Shown in pieces: positions 1-11,500 of a DNA stretch of 64,000 nucleotides. Where the stretch lies: contig OZ242008.1 in NCBI GenBank assembly GCA_965204735.1, forward strand, positions 2,400,001 through 2,464,000, in the 5' to 3' direction. Source of the DNA: Longimicrobiales bacterium. Lineage in GTDB: Bacteria; Gemmatimonadota; Gemmatimonadetes; Longimicrobiales; Gaopeijiaceae. Below the pieces are notes generated by a model. That model worked only from the letters and a program-made list of their open reading frames with translations. It made no database searches and was not told the origin of the DNA. The position numbers were made by a program, and so were the translations under genes. Within the stretch, counting starts at the first letter, position 1; each line of letters opens with the position of its first letter.

Positions 1-699
1 GGCGGCACCGCCGGTGGTGCGGAAGCCCATGTGGATGGCGATGACGGGGATGGCGAAGCCGAAGACCGTCGCCTTCATGAGGGAGTACAGCAGGTCCCAC
101 GAGTGCCAGAAGAGGCGAGCGCCGTAGAAGAAGGTCTCGTAGCTGAGCCCCAGGGAGAGGTCGGCGGCCACCATTCCGGAGAACATGCCCACTGCGTTGG
201 CCAAGCCCACAAGCAGGGGCATGACCAGAAGGCCCGCCAGGATTCGGGGGGCGCCCAGGACAACCACCGGATCGCGCCCCAGCGAGTGGTATGCGTCGAT
301 CTGCTCCGAAACCACCATCGTGCCCAGCTCCGCGGTGATGCGGGCGCCGACCCGGCCCACCAGGACGACCGCGGTCAAGACCGGACCCAGCTCCAAGACG
401 ATGCTGGTGACGGTGACGCTGCCCAGCACGTAGAGGGGAATCGTGGAGGTGAACTGGTAGCCGCCCTGCTGGGAGGTGACGATCCCGGAGAGCACTGCCG
501 TGACCATCACGATCGGGATGCTCTGGACGCCCATGACGTACATCTGCCGCACGAACTCGCGGAGCGACACCTGAAGGCGGAGCGACGCGACGAAGGTCGA
601 CCAGACCAGCTGGGCGATCTGGCCGGCGTGCCCGGCCCATGCTTCCCACCAGCGGCCTACCGCTTGGACGGGCCGGACGGGGAAGGTGCTTCCCGTCAC
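1..699 (-). CDS. mlaE: MlaE-family ABC permease (3' end runs off window)
   Basis: Manual translation: GVQSIPIVMVTAVLSG, LELGPVLTAVVLVGRVGARITAELGTMVVSEQIDA, MKATVFGFAI...GFRTTGGA; GTG start overlaps upstream stop (GTGA). Confidence 0.9.
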   Translation of the reverse strand, partial: MTGSTFPVRPVQAVGRWWEAWAGHAGQIAQLVWSTFVASLRLQVSLREFVRQMYVMGVQSIPIVMVTAVLSGIVTSQQGGYQFTSTIPLYVLGSVTVTSIVLELGPVLTAVVLVGRVGARITAELGTMVVSEQIDAYHSLGRDPVVVLGAPRILAGLLVMPLLVGLANAVGMFSGMVAADLSLGLSYETFFYGARLFWHSWDLLYSLMKATVFGFAIPVIAIHMGFRTTGGAA

Positions 700-1265
700 A
701 GCCCCGGGCTCGAGATGCGCGATCGGGGCGCACCGGGGGGCCCGGCGGGCGGTCGCCGCCTTTCGCCAGCGCCCACCAGGACGCCCACGGCGATCGTCTG
801 CCGGTTGACGGCGCCGCCGAGCTGCTGGCGGAACTCTCCGAACGGCGTCACCACGGGCACTTGGGGGAACCGAACGCCTGCGATCAGGCTGAACGCCCAC
901 TCGTTGCTCGGCTCCAGCATGGGCGTGTCGTCGCCCGGGTCGAAGCTGCGGTAGGAGGCCCCGCCGCCCACGTAGAGGGGTCCCGGGCCGAAGAGGAGCT
1001 GGCCGCCGACCTCGTAGGAGCTGCATTGGTCGCAGTCCAGGAAGAAGTGGTCGTAGGCGCCGGCCAGCGTCGTTCCGGGACGGATGAAGTCCAGGTCCAG
1101 CTCGAGGCGGCCTCCGGCGCCGAAGTCGCCGCCGACGATCTTGGTCTGGTACGCGGCGTGGGCGCCGACCCGAAACTGGGCCCGGGCGGCGGTCGTCGGG
1201 AACGCGGCGACGAGAGCCGCGATCGCCGTTGCGTGGAAGAGCCGTCGCGGACGAGTGCGGGGCAC
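696..1265 (-). CDS. Secreted protein, probable small outer-membrane beta-barrel
   Basis: GGAGG before GTG 1265; signal peptide ending ARA-Q; alternating beta-strand pattern (GAGGRLELD, YVGGGASY, FSLIAGVRF). Confidence 0.65.
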   Translation of the reverse strand: MPRTRPRRLFHATAIAALVAAFPTTAARAQFRVGAHAAYQTKIVGGDFGAGGRLELDLDFIRPGTTLAGAYDHFFLDCDQCSSYEVGGQLLFGPGPLYVGGGASYRSFDPGDDTPMLEPSNEWAFSLIAGVRFPQVPVVTPFGEFRQQLGGAVNRQTIAVGVLVGAGERRRPPAGPPGAPRSRISSPGL

Positions 1266-1353
1266 GGGCGCGCCTCCCTGGATGGTTGCGAACGGACGCT
1301 TGGAATGTAAGCTAAGCCGCGTCGAGCGGAACGGAGCGAGGAGGCCCGACCCC

Positions 1354-1881
1354 GTGAACTTCAAGTGGTGGCTGATCGTGGGGCCAGTGTTGCTGGCCGA
1401 GGGGCCGGTGTTGCGGGACGTGGAGCCGGCGCACCCCTTCCGTCTGTCGGTGGCCGACGTGATCGTCTCGGGGGCGTCGATGGAGGTGCGGATCCGCTTC
1501 TTCTGGGACGACCTGCAGATCGCCGTGATGGAGAGCGAGTCCGACATGGACTTCCGCTTGGCCGAGACGCCGGGCGCGGACTCGGTGGTCGCGCGCTACA
1601 TCGGCGAGATGCTGGTGTTCGAGGCCGGCGGCGCACCGCTGGCGGGCGTCCTGGCCGAGCGCGGCGTCGAGGAAGCGGCCCGGATCGACGAGGTGATGTG
1701 GTGGTACCGCCTGCGCTACGAGCTGCCGCCTGGAACCGAAAGGATCGGCATCCGCAACCGGGTCCTCTTCAACATGTTCGAGGACCAGCGCAACTTGGTC
1801 CACCTGAAGACGCGGAGCGGGAGGGAGCGGACGTACTACTTCACGTGGGACGACGACCGGGTCGCAGCGCCGATTGGCTGA
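1354..1881 (+). CDS. Exported hypothetical protein (DUF6702-like)
   Basis: GAGGAGG upstream of GTG; HPFRLSV..IRFFWDDLQ and NRVLFNMFEDQRNLVH motifs resemble this family. Confidence 0.6.
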   Translation: MNFKWWLIVGPVLLAEGPVLRDVEPAHPFRLSVADVIVSGASMEVRIRFFWDDLQIAVMESESDMDFRLAETPGADSVVARYIGEMLVFEAGGAPLAGVLAERGVEEAARIDEVMWWYRLRYELPPGTERIGIRNRVLFNMFEDQRNLVHLKTRSGRERTYYFTWDDDRVAAPIG

Positions 1882-2972
1882 CCGTCTTCCGGTTGGCCGA
1901 CCATCTTCCAGAACGCGATGCCGCCGGCCTGCTCTCCCACGGCCACGTCGGCGACCCTCTCGAAGGTGGAGAGGTCGAAGACGTCCACCTTGCCGGGCTG
2001 CGAGCCGACCCCTTCGGCAGAGACGAAGGCGTATCGGCCGTCGGGGCTCGTCGCCACGCCGTGGGTCACGGTGGTGGAGGATGCGGTCACGGCCAGGGAG
2101 CGGCCCGCCTCCAGGTCGAAGAACTGGACTGCGCCGCCCTGCTTGAGGGTCGCGATCAAGAGGTTCGAGCCGGGGACCACGTCCAGGTTGTAGGGGCCTT
2201 CTCCGGTCGCCAGGGTGCGGGCAAGGGACCAGGACTCGCGGTCGATCTCGAGGACGCGGGCGAGGCGGTTGCAGGCGACCAGGACGGTGCCCCGCCCGGG
2301 CACGGGCGTCGCCCACGTCGGCGAGCAGCCGGGGTCCACCGAGAACCGTCGCGCCACCTGGAAGGTGCGGGTGTCCACCTCGACGATCTGGTCGTCCATC
2401 ATGCACGCCGAGTAGAGGAAGTCGCCGGAGGCGTCCAGGCGGGCCCCGTGGGGCATGACGCACGTCTCGATCCGCTCGACCTCGACCATGCCGGGGGCGT
2501 ACACCACCGACACGGAAGAGGGGGTGGTCTCGCCGTGGAGGTTGAAGTTGGCCACGAAGGCGTAGAGGCCGCCCGGGGTCACGTCCAGCGTGGCGGGGAA
2601 GTGGCCCAGGGGTATGGGATCGGCGACCAGCGTGTCCGGCCCTGCGTCGTACTTCCACAGCTTGCCGCTGGGGACGCCGTGGCCGGTGGTCATGTAGAGG
2701 AAGCGTCCGTCGGGCGAGAAGCGGAGGCCGTGGGGGCCCTCCGTCTCGGCGGCCGCTTCGCCGACTACGACGGTGCGATCGACGGCCGCCCCTTCCGGGC
2801 CGAAGCGGATCCGGTGCAGAAGATCGGCGGATTCGGCGCCCACGTAGACGTAGTAGGTCGCCTGCGGCGCCTGGGCCTGGGCCGAGTGGGCGGCCGCAGG
2901 GCTCCAGAAGGCCGGGCAGGCGCCCAGAGCGCCGGCGACGAAGATGGAGACGGTTCCCGTTATCCTTGCCAT
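1836..2972 (-). CDS. YncE/YVTN-like beta-propeller protein
   Basis: Signal peptide; repeated PHG...SPDGR.YV blades. Confidence 0.8.
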   Translation of the reverse strand: MARITGTVSIFVAGALGACPAFWSPAAAHSAQAQAPQATYYVYVGAESADLLHRIRFGPEGAAVDRTVVVGEAAAETEGPHGLRFSPDGRFLYMTTGHGVPSGKLWKYDAGPDTLVADPIPLGHFPATLDVTPGGLYAFVANFNLHGETTPSSVSVVYAPGMVEVERIETCVMPHGARLDASGDFLYSACMMDDQIVEVDTRTFQVARRFSVDPGCSPTWATPVPGRGTVLVACNRLARVLEIDRESWSLARTLATGEGPYNLDVVPGSNLLIATLKQGGAVQFFDLEAGRSLAVTASSTTVTHGVATSPDGRYAFVSAEGVGSQPGKVDVFDLSTFERVADVAVGEQAGGIAFWKMVGQPEDGQPIGAATRSSSHVK

Positions 2973-3076
2973 GGAACAACCCTAGAATCACCTTGGCGGT
3001 TGCGGCAAGTCGCCGCCGTCCTGGCCGGCGCGGCGCACCGGTCGAAGCTTCCGTTCCCCGTGATCCGGCGCGGCGA

Positions 3077-4324
3077 TTGATCCTTCTCGCAGTCGTGGTG
3101 GTCGCTTCCCTCTCCATCTCCTTCCTCTGCTCGGTGCTGGAGGCGGTCCTCCTCTCGGTGAACCAGGCCTACGTGGCGCTGCTTCAGGACCGGGGCGACC
3201 GAACGGGCGAGCTGCTGGCCCGGATGAAGCAGCGGATCGACGAGCCGATCGCCGCCGTCCTCACCCTGAACACCGTCGCCCACACCGTCGGCGCGGCTTG
3301 GGCCGGCGCCATCGTCGCCCGGACCTACGGCGACGTGTGGATCGGCGTCTTCTCGGCCTTCCTCACCCTGGCCGTCCTCGTCTTCTCGGAGATCATCCCC
3401 AAGACGATCGGCGCCACCTTCTGGAAGGGGCTCGCCAAGCCTTCGGCCCACCTGTTGCGCGCCATGGTCGTGGCGCTGAAGCCGGTGATCGTGCCCTTGG
3501 GGCTGGTCAGCCGCTGGACGGGGGCGGCGCGCAAGCCGCGAGCGACCGTGAGCCGGGCGGAGATCGAGGTGCTCGCCGAGATCGGGCGCCGGGAAGGCGC
3601 GATCGACGAGGACGAGTTCCAGGTGATGTCCAAGGTCATGCAGCTGGACGAGATCACGGCGGGCGACGTGATGACGCCCCGGATCGACATCGTGGCGGTG
3701 CCGGCGGAGGCGACGGTGAGGGAGGCGATGGACGTGATGCTGGACCGGGGCAAGCTGCGGCTGCCGGTCTACGAGGCGAGCCTGGACCAGATCGTCGGCG
3801 TCCTGCTGGCACGGGACCTGTGGCGGGCCGACCGGGAAGGACGGGAGCGGGTGCGGAAGGTGGCGCGGCCCGCCCAGTTCTCGCCTGCGGTCAAGCCCGT
3901 GGAGGACTTGATCCAGGAGATGCGGGCCACGAAGACCAAGATGGTCGTCGTGCTGGACGAGTTCGGCGGCACGGCCGGGCTGGTGACCTTGGAAGACCTG
4001 ATCGAGGAGATCGTCGGGGAGATCCGCGACGAGCACGAAGCCGACGAGCCCGGGAACTTTCAGGATCTGGCGGATGGGCGAACGGGCGTCCGGGGAGGCG
4101 CGCCGACGAAGGAAGTGGAGGAGCGGCTGGGGATCGTCCTGGGCGAGGAGTACGGCACGGTGGGCGGCTACGTCTTCGGCGCCCTGGACCGGGTGGGAAG
4201 GCCTGGAGACTCGGTGGCCGCCGGCCCCGGACGCCTCAGGATCGCGAAGGTCAGGCGGCGCCGGATCGAGTACTTGGTCTACGAGCCGGGCGAGCCGGAG
4301 GGGGCCGAACCCGAGGCCGGCTGA
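3077..4324 (+). CDS. Hemolysin/CNNM-family protein (DUF21 + CBS pair + CorC domain)
   Basis: SFLCSVLEAVLLS, FSEIIPKT, DVMTPRIDI, VLDEFGGTAGLVTLEDLIEEIVGEIRDEHE; start uncertain (2966-3077). Confidence 0.9.
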   Translation: MILLAVVVVASLSISFLCSVLEAVLLSVNQAYVALLQDRGDRTGELLARMKQRIDEPIAAVLTLNTVAHTVGAAWAGAIVARTYGDVWIGVFSAFLTLAVLVFSEIIPKTIGATFWKGLAKPSAHLLRAMVVALKPVIVPLGLVSRWTGAARKPRATVSRAEIEVLAEIGRREGAIDEDEFQVMSKVMQLDEITAGDVMTPRIDIVAVPAEATVREAMDVMLDRGKLRLPVYEASLDQIVGVLLARDLWRADREGRERVRKVARPAQFSPAVKPVEDLIQEMRATKTKMVVVLDEFGGTAGLVTLEDLIEEIVGEIRDEHEADEPGNFQDLADGRTGVRGGAPTKEVEERLGIVLGEEYGTVGGYVFGALDRVGRPGDSVAAGPGRLRIAKVRRRRIEYLVYEPGEPEGAEPEAG

Positions 4325-4830
4325 CCCTCTGCCCGCTCCGCCCGCTTGTGCCGTCTCTCCTCCAGCCAGAAGGAGACGGCGAGGAGAACCGCACCGCAGG
4401 AGATCGCCATGTCGGCGACGTTGAAGATCGGCCAGTCCCAGGTGGTGAAGGGCAGGTCCACCGGACCGATGAAGTCCACCACCCCCCGGTCCCAGCGAAC
4501 GCGGTCGATCAAGTTGCCCAGGGCGCCGGAGACGACGAGGACCAGGGCGAAGACGCGAACCCTGTCGGTCCCGGGGGTTCGGATCAGCAGGGAGAGCATC
4601 AGCCCCAGGGCGAGGAGGGTGAGTGGAATGAAGAACCAGCGAGGGTCGTTGCCGACGGAGAGACCGAAGGCCGCCCCCCGGTTGTAGGCCAGCGTGAGGG
4701 GCACGTGCCCGCCGAGAAAGTCCGGACGGGGAGCGCCGGGGAGCGCCGCCACGGCCCACCGCTTGGTGAGGATGTCCGCTACGAGGATCGCCGGCAGGCA
4801 GGCGGCGAGGATCGCAAGCTTGCGCTTCAC
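4279..4830 (-). CDS. lspA: Lipoprotein signal peptidase II
   Basis: DILTK, NRGAAFG, GALGNLIDR, VVDFI, FNVAD motifs. Confidence 0.97.
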   Translation of the reverse strand: MKRKLAILAACLPAILVADILTKRWAVAALPGAPRPDFLGGHVPLTLAYNRGAAFGLSVGNDPRWFFIPLTLLALGLMLSLLIRTPGTDRVRVFALVLVVSGALGNLIDRVRWDRGVVDFIGPVDLPFTTWDWPIFNVADMAISCGAVLLAVSFWLEERRHKRAERAEGQPASGSAPSGSPGS

Positions 4831-4886
4831 GTGACGAGACTCCGGGCTGGTCGGCACTCCGCCAGCCCGGCAGAGTGAAGTGGAAG

Positions 4887-5237
4887 TGGAGGCGGCGGGA
4901 GTCGAACCCGCGTCCGCGAGAGGTTCCCTCGAAGCCTCTACGTGCGTAGATCGCCGTTCGGTTCACGTCCGGAGGGGTCGGCGAACCACCCTTCCGAGGC
5001 TAGCCACCTGGCGTCTCGCCTGCCGGTTCAGTAGCCGAAACCGGCAAGCCAGCCCGAATCGTCGACGCTTCGTCGGCCTGCCTCGGGCAGGCGGACCGTG
5101 AAGCGGGCTGCTTGGATCAAGCAGCCAGGGCCAAGTCGTTGTTGGCGTTTGATTGGTTCTCGGGAGGTTTCGCGAGGTTCCCGAACCTCGGCACGCAGCC
5201 GCAAAGTCGCCAAACACGTCGAAACCGTGTCGCCCCC
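4887..5237 (-). ncRNA. ssrA: tmRNA, tag peptide (A)ANNDLALAA
   Basis: 5' GGGGGCG pairs with 3' CGCCTCC-A (G3:U wobble); T-arm GCGGGTTCGACTCCCGC; tag ORF 5146-5117. Confidence 0.97.
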
Positions 5238-5305
5238 TGGTTGTCAATCCGCGACCGAACCGATCTCGCCGCCTGGAGGGCACGCGCGTCGGCCGTCGCA
5301 CTCCG

Positions 5306-5334
5306 AATGTACCAAGAACGGACCGGATGGGGAA
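5306..5334 (-). promoter_or_regulatory. Possible sigma70 promoter for ssrA
   Basis: TTCCCC-N17-TACATT about 70 nt upstream of the mature 5' end; weak -35. Confidence 0.35.
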
Positions 5335-5368
5335 GCCGGCTCGTGGGGCACGCGGGCGGGCCGAGCCC

Positions 5369-5489
5369 CGGTGGACCGGCCGAGCAACCGGGGCCGCCCG
5401 ACGCGCGGGCGGGCGATTCGCTCCGACGGTGGACCACTCGCCGGCCCAGGCTGGCCGCCCGACGGCGCGCGCGGGGCGATTCGCCCCGA
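5369..5489. repeat. Degenerate ~60-bp tandem repeat (2 copies)
   Basis: cggtggacc...ggccgcccgac...gggcgattcgc[t/c]ccga at 5369-5426 and 5427-5489. Confidence 0.6.
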
Positions 5490-5502
5490 TTGCAGGGCTG
5501 GA

Positions 5503-8500
5503 CTACTTGAAGGTGATCGTGCCGGCAAGTCCGACGCGGCGTTCCGGGGGCTGGAAGCCGTCGGTCGCCTGCTCGCCGAAGAAGTCCATCACCAGGCGGA
5601 GGCCGGAGGCCTGCTGCTCGGCGGTCTCGCCGCCCAGCGTCGCCCACTGCGTCCCCACGTTCAGGCGGTAGCCGGCCGCGCCCTGGCGGCTCCAGCGGCC
5701 GAACGGCTTGAGCTGGCTGCCGCCGGGCAGCGCCAACCCGTAGCCGACCTCCATCGCCAAGCCGTCCGGCGCCCAGCCTCGTGTGGCCTGGGGCGCTCCG
5801 AAGCCGTGGGCGGACGGGAAGCCGTGGGTCGGGCCGGCGCCGGGGCTCGCGGGACCACCTTGACCGGTGGCGCCGCCGTGGCCGGCTTGGTCGCCGCCGG
5901 CGGGCACGGCGCCGCGCGGAGCCGTCGGACCCATTGCGCCCACGCGCGGCACGCCCGCGGTCCGCCACACGTCGGCGCCGCCTTGCCACAGCGTCTGCGC
6001 TCCGCCCGAGGCATTGCCCCACGACGGCTCCAGCGAGAACGACAGCCCGCCGTCTTCGCGGCGGGGCTGGATCCGCAGCGCCACGGCCGCGCCCCAATCC
6101 TTGAAGTTCCGGTCCTGGTGGATCAGCAGCATCCGGCCACGGGCGTCGAGGCTCAACCCGCTGCCTTCGTGGGTGAACCCCAGGTCGGCGCCCGCTTCGG
6201 CGCCCATCCCCGTCTCCGCGTCGCCCCGGTCGTAGCGACCGCCCACCTCGATGCGCGTGCGCATGGCGATGCTGCCGCTCGTCCACTGCCCGCCCAGCTC
6301 GGGCGCCAGGCGCACCCGCTGCGCGTCGGCCGTCACGGCCGCCACGTGCACGTCGGACGCGTCGGTCATCATGCGCACGGCGAAGGCGTCGGCCTTGAGC
6401 GCCAAGCCGCCGACCAGCTTCTGGCGCACGCCCAGCGCGCCCATCCGCATCCTCAGGTCGGCGTCGTAGGTGGGACCCTGCTCGCCCACGTTGGCGGCGC
6501 CCATCCCCGCGCCCGCCAAGCCCCATATCCCGAAGCCGCCCTGGGACGACCAGCTGAGGTAGGGGTAGAGGCTGGTCAGGTGGGCCTTCGTCTTGCCCAC
6601 GCCGTTGATCCCGCTCTCGTAGTTGGCGGCCACGTCGCTGCGCGAGCCGGCCAAGCCCATCAGGAAGCCCGAGCCGAAGCGGTAGTCCAGGCCCACGTAC
6701 GCCGAGCGGGTGCGGCCGTCCATGGCGAAGTCGTCTTCGGGACGGCCCTCGAACTCGCCGATGTTGGCCTGGCCCCACAGCGTCCAGCCGGCCTGGGAGG
6801 CCGTCTGCGCCGGGGCGCCGTCGGCGTCGGCGCCGCCCTGCTCGTCGGGCGAGCCGCCGCCGAAGGAGAGCTGGAACGAGCTCCGGGAGCGGAGGTCGCT
6901 GCTCGTCAGCGGGCTGAAGCCGATGCCGCCGCGCTCGCGCTCGGCGGGCAGCGCGCCCTCTTCCCGCTGACCCTGGTACGAGCCGCCTTGTCCGAGCGAG
7001 CCGCTCCCGGCGGCGCCCAAGCCCGCCGCGCCGTCGCCGAAGAGGATCGCCGCCAAGTCCAGCGTCCCGCCGGCGCTGCCGCCGGCGACGCCCGGATGGG
7101 TGATCTGGAACCCGAGCAGGCCGGTTGCGTCCCGCACCAGCGACTCGAGTCCGCAACGGCCCGAACCGGCGTGGGCCGCGGCCGCGCCGCCCTCGCCCGT
7201 GCTGTCCGTTTCGGCGACCGCGACCACGCCAGCGCCAGCGCCGCCGAACGCGAGGCAGCTCAGCGAGCGTCCGCCCAGCTGCACGTGCGAGCGGCCCGGC
7301 GAACCCGACGGCTCCAGACCCAACCGACCGCCGATCGTCTCGACCGTCTCCGTGCCCAGCGACCGACCGAACGCCGCCAGCGTCAGCTTCAGCGCACGCG
7401 CCCGATCCGCACGCGACGCCGACACCGTCACGCTCGCCTGCTGCGTCGCCGCCAAGCCCTCCGCGTCGGTCGCCGTCACCGTCACCACCGACGCGCCGAT
7501 CTCCCGCGGCGACACGGACAGCCGGCCCGCGCCCGACACCGACGCTGCCGCCACGTCCGGCGACGACGACACCACCACGTAGCTCAGCGCGTCGCCGTCC
7601 GGGTCACGGAAGTACTCGCCCAGACCCACCTCCCACGGCGCGCCGCCCACCTCGAGCACCGGCGGCGACAGCGACCCCACCGCCTCCGGCCCCTCGTTCA
7701 CGTCCAGCAGCGTCACCACGACCGCAGCCTCCGCCGTCAGTCCGCCCACGTCCGTCACCCGCACCGTCAGCGCGAACTCCGGCGGACCGTCCTCGTAGTC
7801 CTCGCCGGCGCCTACGTAGCGCACCCGCCCGCTCGCGCCGTCCACTGCGAAGCGGCCCGCGTCGCCCTGCGCCAAGCTGTACGTCAGCGCGTCGTCGCGG
7901 TCCGGGTCCGTCGCCTCGACCCGCCCCAGCTCCCGAGGCCCGCGCACGTTCTCGGCCAGCTCGAAGGCGTACGCGGAGTCCACGAACGCGGGCGCCTCGT
8001 TCACGTCCAGCAACAGCACCTTCACCTTCGCCACCGCCGCCAACCCCGCACGGTCCGTCGCCACCACCTCGAACTCCCAGCCATCAGGACCCGTCTCCGC
8101 GTCCTCGCCAGCGCCCACGTACCGCACCACGCCGCTCGACTCGCCCACGTCGAACAACGCCGCGCCCACGCCGCTCAAGCTGTAGACGAGCGTGTCGCCC
8201 ACGTCCACGTCGGTCGCCTCGACCGCGCCCAGCTCGACCGGGCCCGCCACGTGCTCCGCCAGCTCCCACTCCCAGATCGGCTCGACGAACACCGGGCCCT
8301 CGTTCCGGTCCTCGAGCGTCACCACCACCCGCGTCCGCGCTGTCAGGCCGCCTCGGTCCGTCGCCGTCACCTCCAGCTCCCAGCTGCCCGGACCCGTCTC
8401 CGCATCCTCGCCGGACCCCACGTACCGCACGGCACCGCTCGTCGCGTTCACCTTGAACCGCTCGGCGTCGCCCGCCGTCAGCGCGTACGACAGCCAGTCG

Positions 8501-11500
8501 CCGCCGTCCGGGTCCGTCGCCCGTACCTCGCCCAGCAGCAGCGGGCCACGCTCGTTCTCGGCCAGATCGAAGGCGTACGCAGAGTCGGCGAACGCTGGCC
8601 CCTCGTTCACGTTCGTCAGCGCCACCGCCACGACCGCCTTGGCGCTCGAACCCGCCAGGTCCGTCGCCGTGACTTCCAGCTCCCACGACTTCGGTCCCGC
8701 GCCCTCGTAGTCCTCGCCCGAGCCCACGTACTGCACCGCGCCCGTCACGCTGTCCACGGCGAAGCGATCGGCGTCGCCCGACGCCAGCCGGTACGTCAGC
8801 GTGTCGCCCTCGTCCAGGTCCACCGCCTCCACGGCGCCCAGCGCCAGCGGCCCGGCAGCGTTCTCGGCCATGGCGAAGGCGTAGCGCTCGGCAGTGAACA
8901 CCGGCGCGTCGTTCACGTTCACCAGCCGCACCGTCACCGTCGCGTCGCCCGTCCGCTCACCGTCGTCGGCCGTCGCGCGCACGATCATCACGAACTCCGA
9001 ACGCGACTCCGCGTCCTCGCCCGTCCCCACGTACCGCACCTCGCCGGTGCGAGCGTCCACCTCGAAGAGGCCCTCGTCGCCCGCCGCCAGCGAGTACGCC
9101 ACCTCGCCGCCGAAGGGGTCGGTCGCGCTCACCGTCCCCACCACCACCGGCCCCGCCACGTCCTCCGTCAGCTTGAACTCGTACTCGGCGCGACCGAACA
9201 CCGGGTCCGTGCCGCCAGCCCCGTTCACCTGGTGCTCCTCCAGGTTCTCCACCTCGTGGCCGCTCAAGTCCAGCGCAGCCGCCGTCGTGCCGCCCGCGAT
9301 CCGCAGCGCAGCGCCGCCCGTCGCAGTCAGCGCGTCGGCAGCGATGCTGATCCCGTCCTCGTCCCGGTCCGCAGGCTGCACCACGTACTCGAACACCACC
9401 GCCGGCGTGCCCGAACCCGACGCGTAGCTCGCCTGGCGCACGGCCGTCCCGATCTCGATCGACAGCTGCGGCGCGCCCACCACCTCGACCGGCCTGCTGA
9501 ACGTCACCGCCACCCGGATCACGCTGCGCGGACCGTACAGCCCGCTCGCGCCCGGCGTGCTCGTCACCGCCATCGCCATCACCGCCGGAACCGCTTCGAC
9601 CGTGCCGTCCACCTTGTCGTTCGCCGCCGCCGCGATCGCATGGCTGCCCAACGCCAGCACCGCCGGACGAACCCCGTCCGCCGTGTTCACGATCGTCGCG
9701 CCGTTCAGCGTCAGCGCAGCAGCTGCCACGCCCACGCCGTCGGCGTCGGCGTCCACGCCGCCCGTCCCGCTGCCGCCACTGCCCGCGCCCTGCACGCGGT
9801 ACGCGAACGACAGCGTGGCCGTGCCGCTGCCGCCGACGTAGCTCGCCTGACGCGTCGCCGTGCCCACCGTCAGCGCGAGCTGCGGCGCGCCCGTCACCGT
9901 CACCGCGCGGTCGAACGTCACCTGCACCTCGATCCGCTCGCCCAGGCCGTACGTGTCGCCGCTCTCCGGCGTGCTCGACACCGCAACGCCGCTCACCGAC
10001 GCGCCCGCCAGCGTGCCGTCCACCTTGTGGCCCGCAGCAGCGCTCAACGCGTGGCTGCCCAGTCCCAGCGCCGCCGCAGTCGAGCCGTCGCGGGCGTCGT
10101 TGATCGTCCCGCTGTTCAGCGCCAGCGCGCTCGCGCCGATGCTGATCCCGTCGGTGTCGGCGTCCGCCGCCGCCACCGTGTAGCGGAACGTCAGCGTGTG
10201 CGTGCCCGTCCCGCTCGCGTAGTCCGCCTGCCGCGTCGCAGCGCCCACCGTCAACGCCACCTGCGGCGTGTCCGTCACCGCCACGCGACGGTTGAACGTC
10301 ACCTGCACCTCGATCTGCTCGCCCCGCGCGTACGTCGTCGCCACCGCCGGCGAACTCGTCAGCGACACGCCGCTCACCGACGCCGCCGTGAACGTCCCGC
10401 CCGCAACCTTGTGGCCCGCGCTGTTCGTCACCGCGTGGGCGCCCAGCCCCAGAACGGCGTCCACCGTGCCGTTCGCCACGTCGATCATTCCGCCGTTCAG
10501 CGCCAACGCGCTCGCGCCGATGCTCAGCCCGTCGGCGTCCACGTCCGCCGTCACCACGACGTACCGGAACACCAGCGACGCCGTGCCCGTCCCCGAAGCG
10601 TAGCTCGCCTGCTTCGTCGCAGCGCCGATCGTCAGCGCCAGCTGCGGCGTGCCCGTCACGTCCACTCCCTTGTTGAACGTCACCGTCGCGATGATCGTGT
10701 CGCCACGCTCGAAGGTGTCGCCGATCGGCGGCGACGCAATCGACACGCCGCTCACGCCCGGCGGGCCCTGGCTCCCGTCCACGGCCTGGCCCGAAGCGTT
10801 CGTGATCGCGTGCGACCCCAGCCCCAGGCCCGCCGCCGTCGAACCGTCGCGAGCGTCCGAGATCGTCCCGCCGTTCAGCGCCAACGCGCTCGCACCGATG
10901 CTCAACCCGTTCGCGTCCGAGTCGCTCGACTGCACCGTGTAACGGAACGTCAGCACTCGACCGCCCGCCCCCACGCTCGTCGCCGAATCGTACGCCGCCT
11001 GCCGCGTCTGGCTCCCGATCGTCAGCGCCAGCTGCGGCGCGCCCGTCACGCTCACGTGGCGGTCGAACGTCACCTCGACCTCGATCTCCTCGCTCAACCC
11101 GTACACGCTCCCGTCCGCCGGGCTGCTCGCAATCGACACGCCGCTCACCGCCGACGCCGTGAACGTCCCGCCCGCAACGCGCAACGCGCCGTCGTTGCTG
11201 ATCGCATGATGCGCCAAGCTCAGCAACGCGTCCGTCGTCCCGCCCGCCACGTCGATCGTCCCGCTGTTCAGCGCCAGCGCGCTCGCACCGATGCTCAACC
11301 CGTCGGTGTCCACGTCCGCCTGCACCACCACGTACCGGAACACCAGCGACGTCGTGCCCGTCCCCGAAGCGTAGCCCGCCTGCCGAGTCTGCGTCCCAAT
11401 CGACAACGCCAGCTGCGGCGTGCCCGTCACGTCCACCTGCTTGTTGAACGTCACCGTCGCAACCACCGTGTCGCCACGCTCGAACGTGCCGCCCACCAGC

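Noticed and set aside
31..954. 307-aa + strand ORF and similar antisense ORFs over core genes across the window
   Set aside because: Antisense shadows of well-supported genes (here mlaE).
4880..4925. tRNA-like T-arm and acceptor sequence
   Set aside because: It is the 3' tRNA-like domain of tmRNA, not a separate tRNA.
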